64,000 bases of DNA from Trichoplax adhaerens (taxonomy: Eukaryota; Animalia; Placozoa), in the NCBI RefSeq assembly GCF_000150275.1, contig NW_002060949.1, positions 1,547,836 through 1,611,835 of the forward strand, read 5' to 3'. A model generated the notes under the pieces. The model made no database searches. It was not told the DNA's origin and saw only the letters and a list, made by a program, of their open reading frames with translations. Below are positions 28,301 through 43,369 of the stretch, piece by piece (the stretch's first letter is position 1; each line of letters opens with the position of its first letter). A program made the translations under genes and the position numbers.

Positions 28301-30619
28301 TTTATTATAAGTTTATGTAAGGGTTTCAATTAAAAAACTTTAAAGTATAGCTAGCTGAAGAATAATTTTATTGTCGACGGGTATTTTATAGGTTGGAATG
28401 TTGGCAGCTAATTTGCCCATGGTAAGTGCCATATTCTTTTACAGTAATTAATTAAGTTAAATTAAATAAATGAATAAAAAATAATTATTAAATCCTTAAA
28501 ATCTTTTTATATATACTTGTACAGTTCAATTTGCAAGGAAATGATTCAGAAATGTCGTCCGAAAAACTTCTATCATTCATAGTGGAGAAAATTTCTACTT
28601 TAATCAAGCCCGAAGACAATCTATTGACAACAGCCCCTAATATTGGAAAGGAAAGGAAATTACAGGACCGATCAGCCCAATTTCAGGTAAATTTAATGGA
28701 TAGTAAATAACTGCAGTGAAAGTTACATTGTTACGTAAAATCATTATTACTGCTGATAAAATTTGCGACATGATACTACGAGACACAGTATATCGACATC
28801 TGATATGCTGACACTGCTAGATACAGAAATAATTTTGAATTTTATCGCTATAAGAATATCAAGTGGTTGATTCTTAATATTATAATGTTTAAGAGATTAA
28901 TCTGGCATGATTTAGATTATTGTATCAAATTCATAACTTACGCTAAGTGATATTGTTTTATTTATAAAATCTTGATTAAGTAATTGCTTTCTCTACGATT
29001 TAATTACATATTATCGATGCAATATTCACTTATATTTTGTAAGGTAAAATGATATCATTGAGAAATATTGCGGTGAATTTAAGAAATTTTTATTCTTATA
29101 GGAAATGCTTGAATTAGCACAGCGAAATTTAATTCGCCAAGTCAGCAGTGTAGCTAATAGAATATCGACATCGTACCCTCGGCTATTCCTCATCGATTGG
29201 GAAGATAAACATGACGTAATATACGTATATTGCGGATAACTTATTTGACTGAATTTTCATTTAACTATGATATTAAAATACGGTTAACAAGCATTTTAAA
29301 TCGCATTAAATTCGAGATGTGTTGTTACTATTTAGTAATTGATACTAAAAATTGTGTATTAAACAATCAATAGATTTACAAACTGCTTTCAACTATCGTC
29401 TGTGTCAGTCTGATAGTCATAATTAATGAAGTAAAATTAAAATTTACTCCATCATGAATACTATCAATATCGAAATAGGAATCTTTGCAACTGATCCAAT
29501 TTTATCAACTTAGGGATCAGCAAATTTGGAATCCTCTAGAGAGTATTACATAAAAGTATTATGTGAGCATGAAGAGGTAAATTGCGTTACAGATATTATT
29601 ATGATGTCTTATGTCGCATTTAGTGCAGATAACTGGATGATTTTCTAATAGACAAAAATATTAATAGATTAAAAGGCAAGCGTAAAATGAGTAAAGGTTA
29701 CGCATAGAATTGCTATATATTATTCATACGATTAATTGGATAATTTTTATTTCAGGGTTGGCATTGTCCAGAAAGTGGAGGCACATTTCCCATCCCAGGT
29801 GGTTCATCACAAATGAAATTGTTGGTAAAAAATACAGCAAAACATTTACTTCGAGTTATGTCTATCATGAAGCACAACAATACAGGATTTAATTCACTTA
29901 ATCAATCGAATGAAGATGAATTTTTTGATTATGTAGCATCGGTATGTTACAGAGTTTATATTATAAATGTTATAAATTCCAACTTTCAACAAAATTAATT
30001 TATAATCAAATGATTAACCAATTATCCCTCCCTCCTTTACTAGGCTGCTAAATCAAGTGATCTTAATATCGGACTTAATTTTACATCTTTCATATCATTT
30101 ATGGATGAATTAAAAATTGAAAATATCGGATTATCAAGGTTAGTAGATAGATTCACTAACTATAGCTCGCTAACCATAAAAATTTTAAGTACGTATAACT
30201 GGTGTTGACTTCTGTCTTTAACTGTTCTTTTCTTGTTTCTATGCAAATAACTAGTATGTGTGCTTTATATCCAGTTTGTGCACTGCTCCACTGTGATCAT
30301 CTTCAATCATACTAAAGCTATTAATTGTAGTAATCAATTTCAATTTTGTTGTTCTATCAAATATAGGACTCATCTTCCGAATGGTAAAGTGTTATGGTTA
30401 TGCGACAAGCATAAAGCTGCTAAACATTTTACTTTAGATCATCTAGGTAGTGACTCATCGAATCAACAAGCCAAGCAGATTAATCATGTCGCTGATGTTC
30501 AACAACCAAGTGTTACATTGGCAAAGCCAAGGACTAAATTTGCAGCAGCTGCAGTTACTGTAGCGGCATCCCAGGGATTATCCAAGAGTTCAAAGTCTAG
30601 CGTTTGCTCTGTTATGTAA
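7386..30619 (+). CDS. Giant multidomain kinase-less ROCO protein (two Roc-COR modules, SPRY, SH3, MBT, Tudor x2, LRR/EF-hand, TIR x2, CaaX); about 54 exons, about 2,900 aa
   Basis: Manual exon chain with GT-AG introns and compatible phases: 7386-7490, 7819-8282, 8412-8577, 8955-9056, 9258-9418, 9794-9923, 10059-10298, 10618-10737, 11055-11183, 11723-12094, 12799-12958, 13287-13305, 13410-13485, 13680-14081, 14233-14367, 14504-14596, 15253-15378, 15469-15715, 15844-15977, 17639-17915, 18030-18112, 18240-18303, 19043-19234, 19427-19578, 19700-19780, 19945-20067, 20272-20994, 21124-21611, 21908-22079, 22219-22365, 22471-22560, 22834-22940, 23145-23226, 23743-23889, 24054-24218, 24336-24440, 24561-24655, 25495-25642, 25742-25859, 26002-26203, 26480-26546, 26828-26989, 27111-27200, 27336-27438, 27656-27732, 27918-27989, 28161-28271, 28392-28421, 28525-28686, 29102-29215, 29514-29576, 29756-29941, 30044-30138, 30367-30619. 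Sum is 8727 nt, divisible by 3. The first exon is the least certain. Confidence 0.85.
7819..8282 (+). other. N-terminal Cys-containing (FBXL/AMN1-type) leucine-rich repeats of the ROCO gene
   Basis: NCPKIATLICDGCNNLTD / YCQDLTTISFNYCPKLTH repeats of about 26 aa, ending LKGNPI just before the Roc-like domain. Confidence 0.75.
8412..12958 (+). other. First (degenerate) Roc-COR module
   Basis: P-loop RINVIGNRGVGKST (8425-8451); G3 position reads ITECTSQ; G4 ILVGTHAE; G5 YAVSN; COR-like marks LKHLHLQGKL, VIFNKSWL, WKEGVLL, VACPNC. Confidence 0.7.
13680..14367 (+). other. SPRY-like domain
   Basis: KFEFSV...FYFGLV...LPPGFTDKSIGFSLIDNKLF...KLSCCLD...VSFVVD...YYPMI follows the SPRY pattern YFEV..IGL..LPGW..SxGY..IGCGxD..FFxxNG..LYPxV. 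Confidence 0.7.
14564..15378 (+). other. SH3-like domain (two exons)
   Basis: GVVIKDYSKL|NTNYIASSIGEIVHILEKTNNDHYKAKNLSEQSGLIPIDCIK. Confidence 0.65.
15469..15715 (+). other. MBT-like repeat
   Basis: LQKGDWIEFFD...IDSPNIHPLGWALSTKYEVTSP matches the MBT signature DSPxIHPVGWC. Confidence 0.65.
15844..17915 (+). other. Tandem Tudor/Agenet (chromo-barrel-like) domains
   Basis: YYKGQRVEIKYSSSWYKGTVL...KIHYDGWQDSYDETI and KVGDKVEAKWHSTWYKATIL...FVRYDGYSSSWDTWF. Confidence 0.75.
20416..21540 (+). other. Typical 23-aa LRR array with an inserted EF-hand
   Basis: LxxLxxLNLSxNxLxxLP repeats; EF loop DEDGNHVLDYLE at 21151-21186; ends TPPPEITARGLNSVMAYLKRL, the usual ROCO LRR-to-Roc hinge. Confidence 0.9.
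21565..25859 (+). other. Second (canonical) Roc GTPase and COR domain
   Basis: [107 protein letters not shown]. Confidence 0.93.
24665..24985. repeat. Degenerate intronic tandem repeat, about 110-120-bp period
   Basis: ATAGCTAAAATTTC... recurs near 24665 and 24775, with a diverged third copy near 24900. Confidence 0.5.
26090..28421 (+). other. Two tandem TIR (TIR_2-like) domains
   Basis: TIR1: DVYVSYC...IAVGMKQSRAIIIMLSDNYERNEQCRSEF...PIILAVIG. TIR2: DCFISYCW...GITCWMDIE...EEISIGLRKSKLFVACVSDEYVKSNNCIMEF. Confidence 0.85.
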
Positions 30620-32024
30620 AATTTGGCTGTATATTTTTGTTACAATTACATAGACAAACTCGACTAGGAACTCCTTAAAATAATTCTCCTTTTTAAAAAA
30701 CTTTCAAGTATTCCTTATTAATGAGTAAAACTGTTTCAAGAGTACCAGACTCGATTCTGTTCGACATCTTTTAAACTTATTTATCATAATTTAAATATGA
30801 TTACTATTTCAACATCAGCTCTACTAATAATAGATACAATACTCTGTCATGTTGGATAAGTGATTGACTATTGATCAATAATTTGAGTATAGCATCTCCG
30901 AATAGATTATTCACACGATATTCACCCCAAATTGTCAATAGATTGTTTGACTTAACTAGCGATGATATAATATTTACTTTATTTTTTCCTTTAATGAAAC
31001 TTTATCTGTACTATTCATTTATAAACTAACTGTAGATTCTAGACCAGACGAAAATGATTGAGAAAAATCATTTAAAATGTAACATTGCCTTTACCGATAA
31101 GTACATCTAACGTAATGTAAGTGAACTTGTATTCATATAACTTGATCTTACCTTATTGTTTATAGCATCGTCATAATATTTCATAGCGCAACGTATTTGT
31201 ACTCTTGATTATTCATAGTGGTTGATTGTAGATTATAGACCAAGCAGAATAACTATATAATGTCGATTTAGACGCAATTTATTCTTGTTGATCAGTCGGT
31301 CAAGGTATCATAAGTGAGCTTGGATTACATGATTGTATCATATCCTGTATAACGGCACTTGCCACTCTATTTAATGTTAGGAATCATAAATTAATTATTA
31401 TAGATCAACGAAACGATTGGACAAGATTATTGTTTAAAATACAGTTTATTGCTACTGATGACTTGGTCTAATGTACTGTAAATGAGTTTGGATTGATATG
31501 ATGGCATCTTTGTTGTGTTACTGATATTTATCATGAAGTTTTATGACAGTAATCATAAATTATAGGTCAACAAACCATCTAGATAGGATCGTTTAAAATG
31601 ATATTTATCCCTACGGATGAGTTGATCTAATGTGCTACAGTTATGCTTGTATTGACGCAATTGCATCTTGTGGTGTTTATATCGTTTGTTATGACATTTT
31701 ATGGCATCTTTATATCCTCGATTATTTGTAGAGGATGACTAATGAAGATAATAAGCATAATTTGGTAATAGTTTTGATATACCATAATAACCTCTAAACT
31801 CATGTTCCAAAGGAACTTGTACTGTTTATCCATGAGAATTAAGTGATTCTAATTACAAGCTTTTAACCGTGGATATTTCGATCGTCTATTTTCCTTGTTA
31901 TATTATTATTTCATTATGCTCATATTTTCTTTGTCATGTATTACGTATGATAACAATTATACACTCATACTAAAAATAAAATATATAGATTAGAACAACG
32001 AATAAAGTACTATTATAAGAGGAT

Positions 32025-32600
32025 TGATAACTATAGTGTCGACCAACTTCTGGTGATATCCTTTTGTGTTCAAATGTGCTGTAGTAAAGCTATAATAATT
32101 AGGACTGATTTATACATTTAACCTACGATGTATCAATATAGTATTACTATTTATATGTATGCTATGGTATAGACCAACTTCTACTGATATCATTTTATGT
32201 TCAAATGTAGAGTATTCAAGTTTTAAGAATATTAGGATTAACTTATACATCCAACCTACAATGACGACGTTCGGTAGTGTTATAAGGTATACATGCACAA
32301 TAGTACATATAGTCTAGTTAACGTAAGATGAGCTGGATACAATTACATGGAAATCAAGCTTGAGTTTGTAATATTTCAATATACTGTACGTGACAAAATA
32401 CTGCATATCATTAAGTGAAAATCCAGTTTTAAATTTGTGATATTCCAATAGATACGATGAAATACTATATACAATTATATGGAAATCAAGATTGAATTTA
32501 TAATATTTCGATAGATGCGGCAAGATACTGCATATCTAGTACAGTGAATTATATACTTTAAATTTACAATATTCCGATATATGCGGCATCCAGATGATTA
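32025..32600. repeat. Two adjacent degenerate duplications of about 130-bp period upstream of RIOK1
   Basis: GACCAACTTCT..TGATATC.TTTT.TGTTCAAATGT at about 32041 and 32172; TACAATTA.ATGGAAATCAAG.TTGA.TTT at about 32338 and 32470. Confidence 0.7.
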
Positions 32601-33051
32601 CAATTAGTCACTGATTGCTATTGCCATGCTAGGCAATCTGATCATTCTAATGCAATTTGTAGTTCCACTTGTAGTCACGATAATTTACTATAGTATATAT
32701 AATTGCTGTAAAGTATACACTAGATCCTTAAAGAACTTACTCCATTCACAGTACTACTACCGATACACTAGACCGCGTGCTATACTGTGGCCTATAAACG
32801 ATCTGGAATGTATATCTTCTGTACTAAGACCCTATCGTAGTTCACTAGTGTAAAGCTAGTACAAATACTATACTGTAACCAGACGAGGACACCTCTTGCT
32901 CCATTCGTCTTATTAAATTGCAGGAAGAGGCAGTTTTGGGAGAAGATTCCGTCCTAAAAAGTATTTTTAATATTAAATTACATCGTTCATTGCAATCTCC
33001 TGGTACTGTAGTAAGGCGAGTTGAGCTGTAAAAACCGCTATAGCAGCTACG

Positions 33052-36000
33052 ATGGAAGATACATATAAATTAGAAAGAAATGATCATCAACAGGATGATG
33101 AGAGGTAAGCTAAAGAGTAGGTTAGTAGTCGTTTTTGCGTTGTTGCATGGGAGGAAATGAGATATCACTGCTATTAATTGGAAAATTGCACAGATACTTT
33201 CATCAATATTGCGTGAGATAGAGCTATTCTTGAGTCCTTAACGACAAAACTTGGATATGACAGATGTAGATAGATACCTTGAAGCCAGTACTGTATTGTT
33301 CATGGTCTTGATTACTCTTTGCCATCGTTGGTATTCGTTTTGCGTTGCCAAATAGGAAGAAATGAACTATCACTACATTCATTACATGATTGCACAGTTA
33401 CGAGTACATTTATCAACATCGAATGAGATAGAGCTATTCTTGAGTCCCTGATGACAGAACTTGGATATGATAGATGTAGATAAATACCTTAACGACAGTA
33501 CTGTATTGTCCATACTCTTGATTTCCTATTCTATGCTATCGTTAGCATTCGTTTTGCGTTGCCAAATGAGAAGAAGTTACCTATTGATACTTTGCAATGC
33601 TTAGATTAAAAGTACTGCATTGCCCATGGTCTAGATTTCCTACTCTATTCTATCGTGTACACATATGCAGCAGACTTAAGCCACGAATGTAGTTAATAGC
33701 ATGTTGCATAGTGGCCTCCTTTTATACTTGACTATTCCCTAATTCATTGCAATATTATTATTAATAATAACGGTTGCAGGAGATCTGACATAACCCGATA
33801 CTTTATTATCTGCAGTGCCAAGATTTAAAACCTCTGAAGGTTCAACAACATCCAATAGACATAACTCAGTTTTATACAAATTATTCGTACAGTTTATACC
33901 ATTCAGTATAAACAGGAACTAATCAATTATAGTCTTATGCTACTATTATCTTGATTTAGTGGCTACAATTTGGTGCGAAGCTAAAGAATTCATCGTTCAC
34001 AATATATTATTGCTGCTGAGGCAGTCTTGACTGCCGATTCTTCGTTGATCATTTAAAGATTACATCGCGTACTTGAATCAACTTATCTTCGATATCCCAT
34101 CACCTTATAGCGTATATAAAATGTTATTTATAGCCACTGATTTCAGATGCTTTGCTTCTATAGTTTATAAAAATTTATGGCAATTAATCGTTTTCAAGAT
34201 TACTACTATAGTATAATCATACAATGCAATCGATATGACTACAAGTAGCTTACACTACACATGACTGTGTTAACCATTTAAAAATTTTTTCTTCTTTTTA
34301 TAGATTCCAAGCTGGTTAGTGTTATGCTAGATTAGGATAAGTATTGGGGTTCAGCTGATTTATATCAAAGATCGAAGCTTCTTTATGTCTTACGAGATAT
34401 ACGTATCACACTAATTATTAATATTGTCCTGTTGCTCTTTATATCTATGGTCGAAAGAGCATGAAGATGACTACGAACAGTGGGATGAAGAAGAAGATGA
34501 AGATTTCGAAATAGATTGGACCCGATCTAGTGGTAAACCTGAACCTAATACTCGTATACTAGTAAAATTCTTTCAACGTAGATTTCAAGCTAGGGTATAC
34601 AGTACGGTAGATTTGTTTTTATCTATACTAATGTAAATTTTTACTATCATTTCTTTCCTATATAATATTATGATAGATTTGACCAAAAAGCTTAACACTT
34701 CCACTAATTTTAAGGTATGTACCGTACCGTATGTGTTTCTTATGAGACTTTCTTTTTTGCAGCCTATACTAATTTTCCTATGATTTACTAACTGTTTAAT
34801 TGCACCACTTTGTCGTGAAGTAGATATTAATTGACTATTAATTTTATACATGTATCCTATCCTTGGAAAAATTAACTCACTTATCTGATTCTAAATATCA
34901 GACTAATGGTAATACGTTGCAGGTACTCTTGATAATTTTCAATTTTTAGTTGTATCCATTAGTATTCTTGGTTTCTTACCATTTTATTTAAACCACCTCT
35001 GCACTGTGTAGATGCAAGACCTTCAAAGCTATTTGTTAATTTATTCGATGTCTTTCATTGTTTAATAGCCAAAGCAAAAATCGTACGGAAAATATGCAAA
35101 TCGAATTTGTTTAGGTATTTATTTTAAAAATATTTCCTTAAATTGAGGTGTTATTATTTTATAGTAATTATTAGTTGCATCCTATCTTTCAACTCCCAAC
35201 CTTACCCTTATTTGCTAGATAAACTTGATGTCACTTTATCTAAGGAAGCCGCAAATTTGGTTCTAGAAACAGAAAAGAGAAATTCGTCTTCTCGGTTAGT
35301 AAACTTAATCCATCTAGAAACCTCTGCAATATTGACATACGAATGCAATAGAATAGAAAAAGATATTATTTATACTATAGAATCAGATGTTTGTTGCAGA
35401 TATAATTTAGCACTTTCTTTAAACTAGTTCATTCGATTAAGGGATAAAATTTCTCTTAGTAGCAATTGATATGTTCTAATTGAATATAACTAATAATTAT
35501 ATATTATTAATTTCAGACTGCGTGAGAAAGATAAGGCTGATCGAGCTACTGTTGAACAGGTATGAGCTAAAGATTATGTTAGCATTTTACTTATCGGCCG
35601 GGTTTTATAGTGTTATGTTATCTAATCCACTATCTGTTAGGTACTCGATCCGAGGACAAGAATGATCCTTTTTAAACTACTTGACCGAAATATCATAAGC
35701 AGCATAAACGGTTGTGTTAGTACAGGGAAGGAGGTAAAAGTTTAACTCAATATGAACGTACTAAAATTAAATTCTCCATTTCTATACCGTGATTACATCA
35801 TTATATTACAGGCTAACGTTTATCACGCATCTGTTAATAATGGAGAAGAAAGAGCAATAAAGGTTTGTATGTCACTGTAGTTTTTTAAATGACTCTTTAA
35901 GTGCAATTTGTCATCAAGTGTTAAAATATCTTTTTCTATAGATCTATAAAACCTCAATATTAGTCTTTAAGGATCGCGATAAATATGTTAGCGGAGAATT

Positions 36001-38036
36001 TAGGTATTACTTGTTGATGCTTCACAGTAAAATATATAGCCTACTTCAAGAAAATCGTTCTTTGTAAACTTGCTATTAAAACTGAATAGGTTTCGACATG
36101 GTTATTCCAAACACAATCCTCGTAAAATGGTGAAAACTTGGGCGGAAAAGGAAATGAGAAATTTGCATAGGCAAGACTTACTCTCTAGGGCGAAATAATA
36201 TTTAAATTAATAATTATGTGGGCATTGCAGCCATGATAATACTGAATGATATTGAATAATAATATTTCATTACAGACTGTATACTGCTGAGATTCCTTGT
36301 CCAAAACCACTATTACTCAAGAGCCATGTTTTACTTATGGAGTTTATAGGAACTAATGGATGGTAAATATTGTAATTTTACTTGTGGTTTGATGATACAA
36401 TTGTAATTGATAAGCTTTAATTAAAAAGCTTGGCTTGTAATCACGTTTAGGGCATCTCCAAGGTTAAAAGATGTGCAAATATCAGAAAGCAAAGCTAGGG
36501 AGTTATACATGCAGTGTATTAATATTATGAGACGAATGTACTGGAAATGTAAATTGGTTCATGCTGATTTAAGTGAATTTAATATTTTGTAAGTTATATG
36601 CAATACGTAAAATATTTTGAGAAATTATGTAATACTGAATATTTCTACCTCCTTATATATGTAGATACCATAAAGGTAGCTTAATCATAATTGATGTATC
36701 ACAGTCAGTGGAACATGATCATCCGCACGCTTTGGAATTTTTAAGAAAGGACTGTTCGAATATAACTGGTATAAGCGATATTAATATTTCATTGATACGT
36801 GAAAAATGGATTAATTATCATTCTATTTAAAATTATTTTTGGTCTAGATTATTTTCGAAAAAGACAAGTTTGTACAATGACTGTTAAAGAGCTTTTTGAT
36901 TTCATCACTGATCCTAATATCACGGATGATAATATTGATGACTATCTTGAAAAGGTTAATAACAATTGTTTGCATCACTAAGTAATTTAATTTCATTAAA
37001 TTAATCTTTTTGAAGTGACTATGTACAGGCACTATTAACTCGAATCTAGCTATTGTATGGGTGATTTTTTCAATTTCTAAAAAATCTTACAGTAAATTCT
37101 TACGTCCCGTAGGCTCAAGAAATTGCAGCTGCCCGTGGATTTAGTGAAGCTCATCCGGAAGACGCAGTAAATGAGGAAGTGTTTATGCGTACCTTTATTC
37201 CCAATAGATTAGATGAAGTAGCGGACTTTGAATCTGATATTATGAAAGTACAATCTGGGGACACCGAGGATGTTAGTGAATGTATAATAGCATACAATAA
37301 TTTTCTGTGTAAAACTTCTTTTTATATTACTTCTAATTTTTTAAGAGTATATACTCATTAATAATCCTATTATTTGCTAGATTCACTACCAAACCATCAC
37401 AGGTTTAAGAAAAGATCTTAGTGGTCCATCGCAGGTATTTGGGTTATAAATTGTGCTAAAAAATGAAACCTTTAGAATTTTAGATTAGAACAAATATATA
37501 AAAGCTTCACTCTAGTGTCCACGGAGGTAGAATTTTTAACTATCGTTCCATAACGAATGGAATTAGTTCTTATTCAGTTTAATTGATATCGTTTCAACTT
37601 GACCTAACAAATAGGAACCATCAATCCTTACAGAACAAGCAATCGAAGATGATTCGGAAGATAGTTCAAGTACAGAATCTTCGGATGATAGTGATACTGA
37701 AACAGTCAGATCCGCGAAAGAAGAAAAAGGTCCAAAATGTAAAAGGAACGAAGATAAAGATAGCAAAAGGGTAAGTTGTACATTATCACGCGTGAGTAAG
37801 TGTAATTTTTCTAATTTTGCAATCAGTTAGCTAGGATAATAGTACTACTGGAATAACAATCTCTATATACGCGTATTTGACTTAATTTATTTGATTGATA
37901 ATTATGCAAAAACATCAATTTTAAGGAACGAAAGAAATTAGCGAAGGAAGCCCAGAGAGAGAAAAGAAAAAACAAAACTCCGAAACACGTTAAGAAAAGG
38001 AAAGAAAAGGTTGCTAGAATGAAGAAAGGAAAATAA
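33052..38036 (+). CDS. RIOK1: Serine/threonine-protein kinase RIO1 (atypical kinase, 40S maturation)
   Basis: [102 protein letters not shown], Lys-rich tail. Exons: 33052-33104, 34304-34314, 34458-34532, 34677-34714, 35069-35114, 35219-35294, 35517-35559, 35641-35733, 35812-35862, 35942-36003, 36090-36170, 36276-36362, 36451-36588, 36665-36768, 36848-36954, 37113-37271, 37381-37434, 37615-37770, 37926-38036. The first two exons are tentative. Confidence 0.95.
33130..33655. repeat. Tandem repeat of about 210-bp unit in RIOK1 intron 1
   Basis: GAGATAGAGCTATTCTTGAGTCC...AACTTGGATATGA.AGATGTAGATA at about 33215 and 33425, with partial flanking copies. Confidence 0.85.
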
Positions 38037-39392
38037 ATTGTGTCTTGTAAATGGATCAAGTAATCGTGTCGTTATACGCACAATATGCATTACCATATTT
38101 GCTGTAAACATGGAATGGATATATGCAACATTTGTCGCTTGAAGTGAAAGATTCGTATAAAATATGATACGATTAAATCGGTGTTCCGGTTTGAACTCTG
38201 TATTACTTGTTAAAGCTTTAAATAGAAAAAAGATCCTACTGTCTTTAAAATTCAATTTTAAGATAACAATAATTGAAGGAATTAGTGTAAAATGAGAGAC
38301 ACAGTTAATTAAATCAATGTTCAGGTTTGGACTCTGTATTAATTATTCATTAAGGTCAATACTGAAATGCCATAAGGCCTTGCTACCGGTACGCTACACA
38401 TTCACTCTTAGAAGTAATAGCTGTGTTATTAACCATTCTCTATGGTCACATAGTATTTTTTAAAGACCACCTAATCTGAAGTTCAATACAGTCAGGAAGG
38501 CAATAAAATGTGAAAATAACTTTATTAAAATATTAGCATCAACATTATACTAACTAATGTACTACTTGAAAGTATACAAGTACAAGAAGACGCAGCCTAG
38601 TAACAATGCCATGTGTAGCTTGTCGTTCGAGAATCATAGCTACGCGCGTGCAATCCTAATGACTATTTTAACACATAAGAATAATTTACACACTTTAGTA
38701 TTACAGTTCTAACTGTATATAAATTAGTCATCATGAGCTGACGTAATAAACGTTATAGAAGCAAGAATAAAGTAAAGTCATAACTTCTTTCCTTAAGGAT
38801 GTAACAGAAATGGTTACCTGAGTATTTAAATTATTATATAGCTTCAATCCTATTGATTTTATATCATCAATAATAAACATATGCGTTCCATTGCATATTA
38901 ACTTAATATATTCGAGGAACGATAGTCAGTTAATTCTTGCCAAAAGCTGGTTAGGCAAATCTTATACAATAATTATCACATGATAAAATTAGTAAGTTTG
39001 ATAAATTGGACATTTCTGTTAGTTTCATAAAATTAGTACTGTAGCTTACCCGTTATTGTAACGTAAATATTAAGTAATTATTGAACGTAGAAATTCATCA
39101 TGAACTGATGAATTACAGATAGATTTTTATTGAAACAAATAGCACAATTTTAGATTTGAAACATTTTTAAGCAGAGAATGTACAAATAGTGTTCAATATT
39201 CATCTTAATTCTTGCTTGTTAGGCAGAATTTGGCATTATTGTTGAGTCGGAGTTTAATCACATTCGTCGATAACTGGAGCTTCTTAATTATACAAAGGCA
39301 TAAAGAGTATGAGCTGAATTTTATTATTCAGCAGAGATCAATGCAGCCCTTGCATAGTTTACTCTTTCATTTGTTGTTCAACCATATCTTAC

Positions 39393-42817
<3,425 letters not shown>

Positions 42818-43070
42818 CTACAATTTCAACGTTTGAAGGGAATCACAAACTTTTCTCAGTTAATTTCTGACTACTTGTGAGTCAGAAAGAGAAACGCCAT
42901 TGAGTGCGCCATCAAGGCAATGCTCCATTTCCTATGGTGGGACGCTTGTTGTTGTTGATGTTTTTGTTGATATTATTTTTAATACCGAAGGGAGAGGCTG
43001 ATTGGAATGTAAAGGAGTAGACTGTTGCAAACCGCGCACAGGATCGATACGATACCATGAACTAGATAGG

Positions 43071-43369
43071 ACAATCCAATACAGCAAAGAGAGAGAGAGA
43101 AAATGGTGGGTACTGGTACGATACTGGTACTGATCGCCAGTCTGGCGTCCAATGGAAAAGAGTACTATACACTGTAGGAGAGAGTACTATGTATTGTAGA
43201 ACTCGATAGCACAATCCAATACAGTACAGTACAGTACTGTACTGTACTGTACAGCAAAGACTGAGAGAGAAAATGGTGGGTACTGGTATTATGCTGGTAC
43301 TGATCGCCAGTCTGGTATCCAATGGAAAAGAGTACTATACACTGTAGAAGAGAGTACTATGTATTGTAG
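43071..43369. repeat. Two-copy tandem duplication upstream of PCMTD
   Basis: GAGAGAGAAAATGGTGGGTACTGGTA...GGTACTGATCGCCAGTCTGG..TCCAATGGAAAAGAGTACTATACACTGTAG occurs twice, near 43093 and 43263. Confidence 0.9.

Noticed and set aside
26002-30619. Calling the ROCO gene LRRK1/LRRK2 or a roco kinase
   Set aside because: No kinase motifs (HRD/DFG) or WD40 after COR; TIR domains occupy that position.
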